A stretch of 63,355 nt of DNA, the filler included, from Licmophora abbreviata (taxonomy: Eukaryota): assembly GCA_900291995.1 (NCBI GenBank). It is 54 parts of 54 records of this genome, joined end to end, with 100 filler letters (N's around TTAATTAATTAA, not from the genome) between each part and the next. Parts side by side here need not be neighbours in the genome. Positions count along the whole stretch, not along the records: positions 1 to 1,120 come from OLMU01006716.1; positions 1,221 to 2,337 come from OLMU01006717.1; positions 2,438 to 3,552 come from OLMU01006718.1; positions 3,653 to 4,764 come from OLMU01006719.1; positions 4,865 to 5,979 come from OLMU01006720.1; positions 6,080 to 7,184 come from OLMU01006721.1; positions 7,285 to 8,386 come from OLMU01006722.1; positions 8,487 to 9,589 come from OLMU01006723.1; 46 more parts are not named here. One strand, 5' to 3'. Each line of letters begins with the position of its first letter. Within the stretch, counting starts at the first letter, position 1. Position numbers and translations under genes: made by a program. The notes under the pieces were generated by a model. The model had not been told where the DNA came from. It saw only the letters and a list, made by a program, of their open reading frames with translations, and did not search any database. Of the stretch, positions 1 to 10,888 are shown one piece after another.

Positions 1-1119
1 GAGAGTGGAGTCAGGGTCAGGATTGACGTTTCCTGCAGTAGTCGGAATGCTTGTATTGACGGCACGTTGTTTTTCGGCGTCTACTTGGTGAGCTTCGAGC
101 ATACCTGGAGAGTTCTCCTGAGTGTGGGCAACATCATCGCTTCCAGGGTTTTGTGCGGATATTTCGTGCCATGGTGAATCCGAATTCGGTTCTTGATGGG
201 GGTCAGACACGATGGCCGCCTGTGGTGACAATGATTCTTCGCAGTGTTGCAATCTAACCAGCGGTGTCGCTTCGAAGAAGTTGTACATTTGAGTTTGCCA
301 GTCTTCGTCTCCACCGGGAAGAAGAGGAAATTTACTTTCCAGTGCCAGGGCAAGGGAAGAAGGTGACTTGTGCTTCACAATATGTGCAACTTTCTCATGT
401 GAGTGACTCTCACCATGACTATCAAGAAAGTACCATTCATTCTGTCCACAACAAAAACAAAGAACAGTTTCTGGTGCCTTTGTTATGACAACAGCTACCT
501 TCTGGGGCTGCTTGGTTGCTCTTTGGGCAGCATATTTCCAGGAAGCGTCCAAGGCCTTAAGAAAGCCTTCAAGCCCTACTTTCTCTTGCGTTGGAGGTCC
601 ACGTTCGAGGCCGTGAACTTGGACTGCAAAAGCAGGCAGAGACCATAGGTCTTCTACGTTTGAGTGGCCTGAAACGGCGTGTTGGTGCTTCTGCACACCA
701 AACAGCACCGTCGCATCGAGGTCTTCAGAGGTGAGAGAATCTATGGGGTTGCTCACGGTCTCGTTGTCATATTGAAGCAAGTGTTTTGCTTGAACAAGGC
801 AAATGGATGTGCAAGCTGATTCACATCCCGCTACCCCAGCACTGTACTGAGACAATGATCCACGAGTGATTACTTCGCCATAACTGGAAAAGCTGTTAGC
901 CTTGACTCCTACCTTACGGACGGCCTCTGTATTTGAGGTACCATAAATGTTCGTGGCTCGAGCAGATCTCGAATACGCTTCCAGCTGTTGCTCACGATAC
1001 CCCGGGCAGTCGGTATTTGATCGATACCTCGGCCTGTGGGTATTTGATTTATCTTTTTCAAGAATGATTCGCTCATAGTGAACACCACATTCCTCTTGCT
1101 GCAGGCGCATTGCATACAG
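1..1119 (-). CDS. Partial CDS: putative VTD-type (herpesvirus large-tegument-like, peptidase C76-related) deubiquitinase
   Basis: Manual translation gives a stop-free frame across the whole contig (373 codons). It is absent from the ORF track because it runs off the window. Motifs: RGSLSQYS-AGVAGCESACTSICL, VAVVITKAPETVLC and WYFLDSH. Confidence 0.6.
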   Translation of the reverse strand, partial: MYAMRLQQEECGVHYERIILEKDKSNTHRPRYRSNTDCPGYREQQLEAYSRSARATNIYGTSNTEAVRKVGVKANSFSSYGEVITRGSLSQYSAGVAGCESACTSICLVQAKHLLQYDNETVSNPIDSLTSEDLDATVLFGVQKHQHAVSGHSNVEDLWSLPAFAVQVHGLERGPPTQEKVGLEGFLKALDASWKYAAQRATKQPQKVAVVITKAPETVLCFCCGQNEWYFLDSHGESHSHEKVAHIVKHKSPSSLALALESKFPLLPGGDEDWQTQMYNFFEATPLVRLQHCEESLSPQAAIVSDPHQEPNSDSPWHEISAQNPGSDDVAHTQENSPGMLEAHQVDAEKQRAVNTSIPTTAGNVNPDPDSTL

Positions 1120-1120
1120 C

Positions 1121-1220
1121 NNNNNNNNNNNNNNNNNNNNNNNNNNNNNNNNNNNNNNNNNNNNTTAATTAATTAANNNNNNNNNNNNNNNNNNNNNNNN
1201 NNNNNNNNNNNNNNNNNNNN
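1121..1220. other. Artificial scaffolding linker N44-TTAATTAATTAA-N44 (first of 53; last at 62216-62315)
   Basis: The same 100-nt block recurs every ~1.15-1.2 kb, and the 12-mer gives stops in all six frames. Confidence 0.99.
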
Positions 1221-1712
1221 CCTTGGCCAGATACTCGTCCGTCCGCGCACCCCAGTATTCAGTATCGGTAAACCATAGTCTACCTGGCACCTCTCCAACA
1301 GCAGGGCACCATAATGCAACTGGCATAGTTGGACGGAAGATCCGACTTCCAATTTCTACGCAGCTTTAATCCTGTTGACATATTGCCAATGTGGAGAAAA
1401 GCGAATGTTTCAACAAGGAAACTAGGTGGGCAGTCGGACGTATCAACAGCAAGACCAGGGGTAAACAAGACAGTCCACCCACCGCCAGGATTGAATCATA
1501 CATTTGGGAGGTACCGGTAGCAAAATGATCAACAATGAACTACTTCTACAATCATTTCGACCAGTGTCGCTCGCACTATGAGCAGCGATAAGTCCACCGA
1601 GACGCGATTGACCTCGATGGTCGTCGAGCGTCTTGGTACAGGAGCCTGGAACCTCTTTCGGAACGATGTTCGCCTTGCAGGTCACACGGTCTAGCAAAGA
1701 GAATCCATAGAC

Positions 1713-2243
1713 TTAGATCAACGACCACACAAGAAATGATAATGCCCACAGTCCACGGAACAGCAGCGGCCGCATTGCATCGCTAGTCGGTGATGCTACC
1801 GTCATGTTTGCCACGTTCATCAACGGCGGTGGAGCATCGCTGTCTCCAATAGTCATCGCACCCACCAGCGTCCCCTCGACTGTAACTGTCAAGTTCTTTC
1901 GCTGACTGCCTTCCCCCGTACATGTCCCACACTTGCCGACGGAGCGTGCCAGCCGCACGACTTCACTGTTTCCGAAGGCATCCAGTGCCACAGCTCTCGA
2001 GTAGAAGTCGTCATCTTCGTTCCACACGAGGATTTCGTACCCCGAACTGACGCATTCTGGGATATCTACCAAGCAATGAATGGTGTGGTCGTGTGCATAT
2101 CGGAGCGTCTCCCGTTCATTGTCGAGCATGTCCCCGCGAAGAATGCAGAGCAAGTCCATGGCAACGCCTGTAACGGAGACAAAGGTCTGGGAGCTAGCGA
2201 CCGATAGACACGCAAACAGGAGAACTGCTATCCACTTCCACAT
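1713..2243 (-). CDS. Small secreted, possibly GPI-anchored Cys/His-rich protein
   Basis: Signal peptide MWKWIAVLLFACLSVASS, core MDLLCILRG..LDN..TL..HDHTIHCLVDIPEC..SGYEIL, and a hydrophobic C-terminus. Resembles the domain I recall N-terminal to DOMON/cytochrome b561 in diatom proteins. Confidence 0.7.
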   Translation of the reverse strand: MWKWIAVLLFACLSVASSQTFVSVTGVAMDLLCILRGDMLDNERETLRYAHDHTIHCLVDIPECVSSGYEILVWNEDDDFYSRAVALDAFGNSEVVRLARSVGKCGTCTGEGSQRKNLTVTVEGTLVGAMTIGDSDAPPPLMNVANMTVASPTSDAMRPLLFRGLWALSFLVWSLI

Positions 2244-2544
2244 TCTGACAAAGACCTCACACGTTTCAAAATGAGAGCGAAGGAGAGATGAGAGGAAGAA
2301 CGACGCGGACTGCGTTGAAGTATGGTGGAGGTGCGGGNNNNNNNNNNNNNNNNNNNNNNNNNNNNNNNNNNNNNNNNNNNNTTAATTAATTAANNNNNNN
2401 NNNNNNNNNNNNNNNNNNNNNNNNNNNNNNNNNNNNNTAATACGGTGGTCAATGGAGCAAATGTTACTGTAGTAGCTTATCATAATAGTCTTTACATGGG
2501 CGTAGTCCGAATCGATTCATTCGTTCGGAATAGTTGTGTGTTCC

Positions 2545-3356
2545 TTAGAACTGAATGGGGACCGAGGAAGGGTCGAAGCGATCCTGGGCGAGTCCCAAGT
2601 TGACAAAGATCTCCTTGCCGTTTGTAAGCTCCTGGGCGATGAATCCAGCAGCCGCGAGCATTGCCAAGCGGCCGTTCTGGAGTTCCTTGGTGGACATCTC
2701 AAAGAACTCATCAGGATCCTCGGGTTTGAGACCAAGAGGATCAAAGCCCACATCACCGGGATAGTAGTCATCGTTCAACTCCTGGAAGTAGGCGTTCTCG
2801 CCAGGGGCCTTCCATCCCTGGAGGGCGCGGTTGATCTCCAACGAGCCGATCAGGATAGCGAGCCACTCGAAGAAGTACGGGGAGACGGCGCGAACCTCGT
2901 CAAGGTGACGGATTGCGGGACCAATGTCCTTGACGCTGGCTTCGAACAGAGGGTGGAACTCGATCGGTTCTTCCGTGACGATGATTCCCAGTGCGGCAAG
3001 CATAGCGACACGGCCATGCTGCGTCTCAGCTTCGCGGTACTGTTTGAGCTGTATAGGATATTCGCGGAAGATACGAGTGCGTGCGGTGGTTGAGCAAAAC
3101 GAAGAGAATCAGCGCAAGACTACCGCTGAGAACGAGACAGACGTCCTGCGCGTACCTTTTTCGGGTCTTCACCCCCCTTGCAGAGATTGAAAGGGTCAAA
3201 GAAGCCTACGGGCGGCAAAACTCCGGGCAAGGATTCGGGAGAACTCCAATCGAGCGCATTGAGGCTGATCGTCGTACGACGAGCCGTCTTGGCGGGGGCG
3301 AAGGCGGCCGCGCAGCTGAGCAGAGCAGCGAGAGTAGTTGCAGCAGTGATCTTCAT
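2545..3356 (-). CDS. Lhcx: Lhcx (LI818/LHCSR-type) fucoxanthin-chlorophyll light-harvesting protein; exons 3156-3356 and 2545-3048
   Basis: Bipartite targeting CAAA-FAP, GFFDPF, YREAETQHGRVAMLA, FHPLF...GPAIRHL and KELQNGRLAMLA. A GT..AG intron at 3049-3155 joins the two ORF-track pieces in frame. Confidence 0.93.
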
Positions 3357-3652
3357 GACGACGATGGTGGAAGTGCGAAACGGAGAAAGTGGCTCTGTTG
3401 TGACCGACTGCTGGAAGAGAATATTGAACCCGAGAGAGGTGTTCGAATGTGATGTGGTTTGAAACCCGTCAGGCCCTTCTCGTCAGACAAGACAACGTAT
3501 TGAAGTACGAACTTGAAGTGGGGACTAGAAGTCTGTAGAGATCACATTGAACNNNNNNNNNNNNNNNNNNNNNNNNNNNNNNNNNNNNNNNNNNNNTTAA
3601 TTAATTAANNNNNNNNNNNNNNNNNNNNNNNNNNNNNNNNNNNNNNNNNNNN

Positions 3653-4764
3653 TCAAATCCTTCCCCGCCTGCTACCATGAGCTTTCCGTCGCACGTTTGA
3701 CCATATGCAGCACCGCCCCTACCTTGCGGTATGCTTGCTCTCACTTCCCACAGTCCGCTTGTGAAATTGTAGCAGTCAGTCTCTAGCACTACTGCATCGA
3801 AGAACTCGTCGACGCCACCATCGCGCCCCCCTGCTATGCAAAGCATGTCGTTGACGATGGCACCTCCCGTGTGGTCTCTTGAATGCGGTGCATCGGCCAG
3901 GTTAGTTGTCCACGTATTAGAAGTAACATTGTACTTGTCAAGCCAACCAAGTGCGACTGCATGCTCCCCGTGGCCTCCTCTGTTGCCGTGCGACACGTAA
4001 ATCTCATCTTGGTAGAGCACGGCAGCCGCCCCTCCGCGCCGCCGCCCCTCGGGCAACCCCGCTTCGGTGGACCATGAGTCTGTGACCGTATCGTAGATGA
4101 AAATGCTCTCGACGTTTGTTTCGTACGGATATCCGCCTGTCCAGGCACTCACGATGTAGATCTTGTTGTCGACGGCCACACATTGTGTGTGATGAAGTTC
4201 TTTATCAGGCCCTGTCTTTTGTGTCCAGGACTGGGTGGCGGGATCGTAGACATCGACAGGTTTGATACCACGACCTCCCACGAGATACGCCAGGTCACCG
4301 ACCATTACAAAACAAGCTTCGTGTCTGTTTGTCGGTAGCGTTTGCCCGGTGTCGACGGTTACCCATTCAGAGAATAACACCGTCGGTGTCATACTCTGCG
4401 TGGACGTCGCTAGCGAAGGCCGTGGCGTTGGCGCCCAACTCGACTCTCGGACCCTGATAAGCGACAAGAAAGGGTTCTCCCGCCGCCCCTTGGTAAGCTC
4501 GATCTCGAGGTTGCCGGTTCCGTCGGATTGCACATTGGAGAACGTCACGTCATAGGCAATCCGGCATCCTGCCGCGGAGTAGACGTCAATATCACTGACG
4601 GTTTGATCCGCTACACTCGCATTGAAGATCCTGCCACCGAATTGACAATTGGGCAAGTACGTTTCAGCGAATCCCAGCGTCACATCGTAAAATGCCTGTG
4701 GCTCCAACTGAAGCGTGTACCTAAATGACGCGAACGACCAAACATGACTGGCATATGCCTCGTC
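3653..4764 (-). CDS. Partial CDS: malectin-like domain plus Kelch-repeat beta-propeller
   Basis: YDVTLGFAE...GGRIFN...DIDVY (malectin-like), a PT linker, then repeated Y-x-x-GG...YDP...W Kelch units. Open across the contig. Confidence 0.85.
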
Positions 4765-4864
4765 NNNNNNNNNNNNNNNNNNNNNNNNNNNNNNNNNNNN
4801 NNNNNNNNTTAATTAATTAANNNNNNNNNNNNNNNNNNNNNNNNNNNNNNNNNNNNNNNNNNNN

Positions 4865-5659
4865 CAGCGTCGGTTTTCGACTTCTTATTTTTCCAAGTAA
4901 AAAAAGCAGAAATAAACATTTTGCTACTATTGATCGCGTATTACGTCAAAATAAGACCGCGAAACAATCGCAAATTGTCAGGAAACTGAACCCTATTATA
5001 ATTGGTTGGACTATTTATTTTAGGTATTCGCATTTCTTAACGACAAAAATAGGTGGTTATATGAAGCAAATTTTGTTTAATAAGCTTATGTATTGGGGAA
5101 GAAGGAAACTTAACTCGGCCAACAAATCAATGAGTGTTTATGATAAATTCTGGCACAAAATCGATGGGAGACGACAATTTGCTTTTAAAGATCGTGACGG
5201 TGAATATGTTACAATTTCACTTTATCGAAAAATTGCGAAAGAAGTTTCCCTTGTGAAATATGTAAAAGTTAAAGGAGGTGTTTCGGTGTATAATGGTGAT
5301 CTTAACTACTGGTCTAGAAGAGCAATCATTCCTGATTTAAAAACTCGGACGAGAGCTCAACTGTTAAAGCGACAGAACTATAAGTGTCCGCTTTGTGGAA
5401 AGATCTTTTTACCTTTTGACATCATTGAAACTGATTATATTACTCCTATTGCTAAAGGCGGTTTCTCATAAGATTACTAACTTGCAGCTTTTACATGCGG
5501 TATGTCATGACAAAGAAAGGGATAATTAATCAAAATAATTTTTAGCTGTGCAAAACTTCGAGTTTTCCCAGTGATGCTTGAGGAGCCGTGTGCGTTGAAA
5601 GACGCACGCACGGTTTTGGGGAGAGTTTGGCGGTTATAAAACAGCCATTCGATTCTCTG
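4865..5659 (+). mobile_element. 3' part of a mitochondrial group II intron in rnl (domains IV-VI)
   Basis: 34-nt domain V GAGCCGTGTGCGTTGAAAGACGCACGCACGGTTT at 5583-5616, then a domain VI hairpin with candidate bulged A at 5652, followed directly by LSU rRNA sequence. Confidence 0.92.
4866..5529 (+). pseudogene. Intron-encoded protein C-terminus (maturase X + D + HNH) with damaged endonuclease domain
   Basis: KLNPIIIGWTIYFR, YVKVKG..SVYNGDLNYWSRR and LLKRQNYKCPLCG. ETDYITP stands where DHI is expected. An extra T at about 5463 puts the rest (SHKITNLQLLHAVCHDK) in another frame. Confidence 0.85.
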
Positions 5660-5925
5660 CCTATCTACCATAAGTGTTAAAAATTGAGAGGATTAAACCC
5701 TAGTACGAGAGGACCGGGAAAGGCAAATCTCTGGTGAATCGATTGTCGTACCAACGGCACTGTCGAGTAGCTATATTTGTAATAGATAATCGCTGAAAGC
5801 ATCTAAGCGAGAAACTAACCTCAAAATTTATTTTTTTATAGATGTAATAGATGATTACATAGATAGGCTTGATGTGTGAAAATTGTAAGATTTTAAGCTG
5901 ACAAGTACTAAAAATTTTTAACTAT
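5660..5925 (+). rRNA. rnl: Mitochondrial LSU rRNA, 3' terminal exon (3' end approximate)
   Basis: CCTATCTACC, sarcin-ricin loop AGTACGAGAGGACC (5702-5715) and GCTGAAAGCATCTAAGC, in AT-rich sequence. Confidence 0.92.
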
Positions 5926-6079
5926 ATAAACTTTTTAACTGATATAAGTTTAAAAATATTTTAAATCTATATATTATAGNNNNNNNNNNNNNNNNNNNNN
6001 NNNNNNNNNNNNNNNNNNNNNNNTTAATTAATTAANNNNNNNNNNNNNNNNNNNNNNNNNNNNNNNNNNNNNNNNNNNN

Positions 6080-7093
6080 GGTTTCGTCCATAGCACTTTC
6101 CTTCGCTACAGACTTCCAGTCGCCATCACGGAGCCGCTCAAGCAAGTTCTTTCCGCTTTCGCGTATGCGCTGTCTTGCCTCTTCTGTCACTGGTCGACAC
6201 CCCCCAAAGTCAGTCAACTTGATGTGCCCAGTCTCGGTAATGAGAATGTTTTCCGGCTTGAGATCAACGTAGACAAGGCCAAGATCATGAATGCTCGCAA
6301 GCGCCGCTACGATCTCGCCGACCACAAATCGCGTCGACTCGTCATCGAGCGAACCATTTTGACGAAGCAAAGTATGAAGGTCGCCTTTGCTAGCATACTC
6401 CAACACAAGATAGGCACCATCACGGAAACGAAACGAAGAGACGAGTCGTGCAATACACGGGTGCGACAGTATCCGAAGAGTAGCGATCTCACGCTGAATT
6501 GAGCTTTCGTATCCCATATCGACAATTTTCTTTGTACTGACAATCTTGACAGCATACTCGGGCCAGTGAGACCGAGTCTTCTCCCTTACTATCAGGCGAG
6601 CGTACTTCACAGACCCAAACGATCCTGAGCCCAGATCATGCCCAAACACCAAGTCATGGAACTTCAACGTAGGGAGCAACGTCGGGGATTCTGCCATCTG
6701 GGCCTTTACCCATGACGATGAACTCTCGCTTTCATCGTCTTGTTCTGGTTTCAATCGATTCATATAAGACGTCACATAGCCAAAACCAACATTTTCTTTT
6801 CTTCCGGTCCTCTCTTCTGCGAAAGGATCCAATGCAGGCCCTAGATGGGCGTCCCCTCCATTCCGATTCTCTTGTCGACTGATCGGAGTGGTATGCTGTG
6901 AAGCCCAAGGAGCAACACCGGTAATGCTCAAGGGAGGAGGTGCACCCTGAGATTTGTTGGCCCAAGGTGCTACGCCCGTGACTGTCAAGGGCGGCGACTT
7001 GCCGTTGGAAGCTCCAAGACCTTTTTTTGGTCTTGACCGAGGAGGTAGCATGCGATGCTTTCCCGTCCCTGGCGGTGGTCGCCAATCGCCCAT
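6080..7093 (-). CDS. Partial Ser/Thr protein kinase (AGC group, PDK1-like)
   Basis: GSGSFGSV, YAVK, YVDLKPEN and DFG motifs. The frame may extend to the contig edge at 7184. Confidence 0.9.
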
Positions 7094-7284
7094 GTCACTC
7101 TTCAGTGAAAATTCTCTGAGCGTGCTGGTCGAGACTGGCGCTCTTGCAACCTCTGTTGTGGGAACTGCTTGCTGCGACGATACTNNNNNNNNNNNNNNNN
7201 NNNNNNNNNNNNNNNNNNNNNNNNNNNNTTAATTAATTAANNNNNNNNNNNNNNNNNNNNNNNNNNNNNNNNNNNNNNNNNNNN

Positions 7285-7501
7285 CAGGGGCGACTCGCGG
7301 CGGAACAAGAGACGGAAAAGGAAAAGCAGGGGCGACTCGCGGCGGAACAAAAGACGGAAAAGGAAAAGCAGGGGCGACTCGCGGCGGAACAAAAGACGGA
7401 AAGGAAAAGCAGGGGCGACTCGCGGCGGAACAAAAGACGAAAAAGGAAAAGCAGGCGCGACTCGCGGCGGAACAAAAGACGGAAAAGGAAAAGCAGGCGC
7501 G
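7285..7501 (+). repeat. 42-bp coding tandem repeat, 5 copies plus a partial copy (QGRLAAEQKTEKEK)
   Basis: Unit CAGGGGCGACTCGCGGCGGAACAAAAGACGGAAAAGGAAAAG starts at 7285, 7327, 7369 (41 bp), 7410 and 7452. Confidence 0.97.
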
Positions 7502-8386
7502 GATCAAGGACCAGCGTGACCATTCCATTGGCACTTTCATCGACTCAATGCCACGCGTTTCTCTGAACTCGAGCTCTTCTCCTCATGTTCAGACAGGCTA
7601 CCGAGAGGCGCGCAAAACTATTATTAACTTTCCAAGAGACGAAACACTCGTCGATGCCTTAACGGATTGGTACGGTGCGTCTACATGGGTTCCCTACCAA
7701 GAGGATATTCAGGTCGAAGAAGACGTTACGGTTCAAGTGAACGTTCTCCTAAGAAATATCATTTCGGCTCTGGGACTTGCAGATGTACTGGGTGTACACC
7801 AAAACCGCTCAATAATGGACATAGCGCCGGATCTGCTCATTGTGTACAAGCCTAGCAGGTTGCCGATCGGCACAGTTGAAGTGAAGAAGCCTTGCGACTA
7901 TAATGCAGACCATCACTACCAGATCTTCGGTGAGGGTAACTCGCAGGTGAACGGGCAAGTCTTTGATCAGTTGAGCCTCCTACGCCTCAATGGTCCGAAG
8001 TCACCGATTGGACTTGTTACTACCTGGAACACATGGCAGTTGGTTTCCCTCACGTCAAATTTTGAAGCTCCAACTATTGATGCAATTAAAAAGTACCGAT
8101 CGATCGAAGGCACAGCGTCGAGACAAAAATCCTCGCCAGAAGCAGTCATTGCTCCCGAGCTCGACGATTGTCAACGAATTGTCGTGCATTCGTCGACGTC
8201 TCAAATGAAAGCGGGCTCGAATACAAAAACGTCCAAAGGGTCCAAGGTTCAAGCTCTGTCTAAAGACGCGGAACGGCTGGTATATGCAAGCGAACCTGTT
8301 GAGGCTGGCAAGGCGGTGGGGGCGCTGCTGGCAACAGCAGTGTTGGCGATGGTGCGGTCCTCAAAGGACCGGCAGTATATCGGAAA
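7410..8386 (+). CDS. Partial CDS: coiled-coil repeats plus PD-(D/E)XK nuclease-like domain (Crinkler/RHS-effector-like)
   Basis: Repeat copies 4-5 are in frame with the 7548 ORF. Motifs APDLLIV...IGTVEVKKP...GQVFDQL...GLVTTWNTW. Confidence 0.6.
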
Positions 8387-8756
8387 NNNNNNNNNNNNNN
8401 NNNNNNNNNNNNNNNNNNNNNNNNNNNNNNTTAATTAATTAANNNNNNNNNNNNNNNNNNNNNNNNNNNNNNNNNNNNNNNNNNNNCGGACGGCGGTCGC
8501 ACGCCCACCTTCAAACTGTGGAGCAAGCCCTAGACCTATCGTACCGTATTACAGTACTATTAGCCCAGCATAGTCGACCCGATTCATACTCTTAGACTTG
8601 CTGCGTCCCATATTCAAGAACAAGTCAACTCGTTACAATTGAAAAAAGAGTCAAAGTCCTACTGCGATGCTGAACTGACTACGTCGTATCGTACGCCCCG
8701 CTCCAGTTGATCAGTGTAGGACCTAATGATGGTTCTCACATGATTTACACTTTACA

Positions 8757-9589
8757 CTACGCAATAGTTGCATAGCACCACGACATGCTCAGAAACCTTG
8801 CATTCAAGTCATCGTATCGATCGACATATCCGGTATGAACGGGCACGTCGCCCGTGCAATGAGCATGCTTCAAAACCCCTTCTGCCACGGCTTCATCAAA
8901 GGCTCTTCGTGTTTGTTTTTTGGCCATCATGTCATCCAAAATCATCCTGCCTCCCTTTTTCGTAGCCTTGGCGGCATTGATGATATCAATCTTGGCACCC
9001 TCGTAGCTGTGGGATTATAGGAAATGGTGTGAGAAAATAGGAGACAGTGGTGTGATGATAGTCAGGAACGGGACGCAAAGTGAACGTACCTATGATCCCC
9101 GTCGACCGAAAAGACATCACATTTCTCGTTGGGATGGTCTTTCGTCCACTTCGGCACCACTTCAGTAGAATTTCCCTTGATAAATTCGAAGCGACGGGGA
9201 TATAGCATTTCCACATATTGCTGACCCGTTGGAGAATAAGTCCACATGCCCAAATCAAACACGGTCAAGTTGGCATCCTTCTCTTTCAAACCCGTAGCTG
9301 AAGCTGCCAAGAATATGAGAGCCGAGTGTCCTCCGTTGAACCCAATCTCACATAGATGCTGCAACTTTCCCAACGACCGAAGCCAATCATAATAAAAGGT
9401 CGCTTGCGGTGGACGGTTGCCAATGTGCGACATCATGGCCCAAGCCCGTGTTTCCAAGTGTTTGTAGTCGTCATGATGCTTACTATCAATGTGCAACGTG
9501 AGACCCTCCATGGTGGCCATGAGAAGGTCGTGTTCTCGGGCACTGGAAACGTCGGAACAAGGCATGCAACAGGTATTTTCCGGAGTGGC
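8757..9589 (-). CDS. Partial class I SAM-dependent methyltransferase (Methyltransf_24-like); intron 9007-9089
   Basis: CEIGFNGGHSA, IKGNS and VDGDH|SYEGAKIDI...MILDD. An 83-bp GT..AG intron joins ORFs 9062..9565 and 8757..8945. Confidence 0.85.
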
Positions 9590-9689
9590 NNNNNNNNNNN
9601 NNNNNNNNNNNNNNNNNNNNNNNNNNNNNNNNNTTAATTAATTAANNNNNNNNNNNNNNNNNNNNNNNNNNNNNNNNNNNNNNNNNNNN

Positions 9690-10788
9690 GATCTTTGATT
9701 TATCGGATGCCATGAACCAGTGTCGACACATAGCGGCAGCGATCACAGAGGATGTACCGTTTCGAAGGACCTTCGTCGCGGCTGACCGTCACTCTAAGGT
9801 GACGGCCGAATCACTGGCGGATCGATTCTGCATTGGGCCGGAGCGGGCCAAGAACACCCTGCGTGTGACGACGCAGCGGGGCACACGATCAGCGATACTG
9901 CCAATAAGCCGACGGTACAGAGCCGATCGGTATTTCTCAATCAAGCGACTCAATGGCAAGTTTGCTACTGACACGGCGTACGGTGCAGTGAAATCGATAC
10001 GTGGGAACATTGCATCCCAGATCTATAGCCACAAGTGTGGCTTCAAGAAAGTATATCACCTTCAGAGCCTGGATGGAAACAGTATCGGAAATACTTTGGC
10101 TGAATTTGCTAACGAATTTGGTGCGCCTGAGCACTTAACGTACGATGGTGCCCAGGTACAAGTGGGTACGAGAACCCGTTTCGCCGAGATGATCCGTCGG
10201 CTTGAGATTAAGTATCATGTGTCGTCCCCACGGCGACCGGATGAGAACCCAGCAGAAGCGGGAATCCTTGAACTGAAGAAGCGATGGTACCGTATCATGG
10301 TCAAGAAGAAAGTACCGACTAGATTGTGGGACTTTGGATTCGAATGGGTCTGTGAGACGGGCAACCTTATGTGGAACTCGTCACGCTATTGCGACGGTCG
10401 GACACCGTTGGAGATTATCACTGGAGAGACGCCTGACATCACGGAGTACTTGGACTTCGGATTTTACGATTGGGTCGTATTCAGGAGTAACGCCGGCATG
10501 GGAGAGCCGGAGCTCGGGAGATGGCTTGGCGTGTCTCACCGTGTTGGTCAACAAATGTCGTATTGGATATTACCACCCAGCGGCAGACCTGTATCTGCAG
10601 TCACTGTGCAACGATTGACGAATGCAGAACAGCAAACGGACGAGTGGCGAGCGAAAATGACTGAATATACCACTAACCTTGAACCAAAATTCAGTGCTAC
10701 TAACTCGGACATTTCGAATCTACTCCACGACGTGAACCCATCGAATATCGTTGACATCGATGGTACGATGTCCGAGCTCCGAGATCGA
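9690..10788 (+). mobile_element. Ty1/copia (diatom CoDi-type) pol fragment: integrase core
   Basis: ATDT...TYDGA...ENPAEAGILELK DDE core and GETPDITEYLDFGFYDWV. Confidence 0.9.
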
Positions 10789-10888
10789 NNNNNNNNNNNN
10801 NNNNNNNNNNNNNNNNNNNNNNNNNNNNNNNNTTAATTAATTAANNNNNNNNNNNNNNNNNNNNNNNNNNNNNNNNNNNNNNNNNNNN

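Noticed and set aside
1165..1176. Regularly spaced TTAATTAATTAA as a biological repeat or array
   Set aside because: It is always embedded in exactly 44+44 Ns, which marks a six-frame-stop scaffolding linker.
2536..3093. Long antisense ORFs (also 11267-11884, 13531-14241, 25197-25985, 31311-31994, 36206-36892, 39424-40134, 53189-53794)
   Set aside because: They are shadows of clearly recognisable genes on the opposite strand and have no motifs of their own.
3601..3652. ORF-track proteins ending in X-runs and LIN/N
   Set aside because: These ends come from translating the linker; the true CDSs continue beyond the contig edges.
7285..7501. 42-bp repeat as a CRISPR array
   Set aside because: Units are head-to-tail with no unique spacers, they encode an in-frame peptide, and no cas genes are present.
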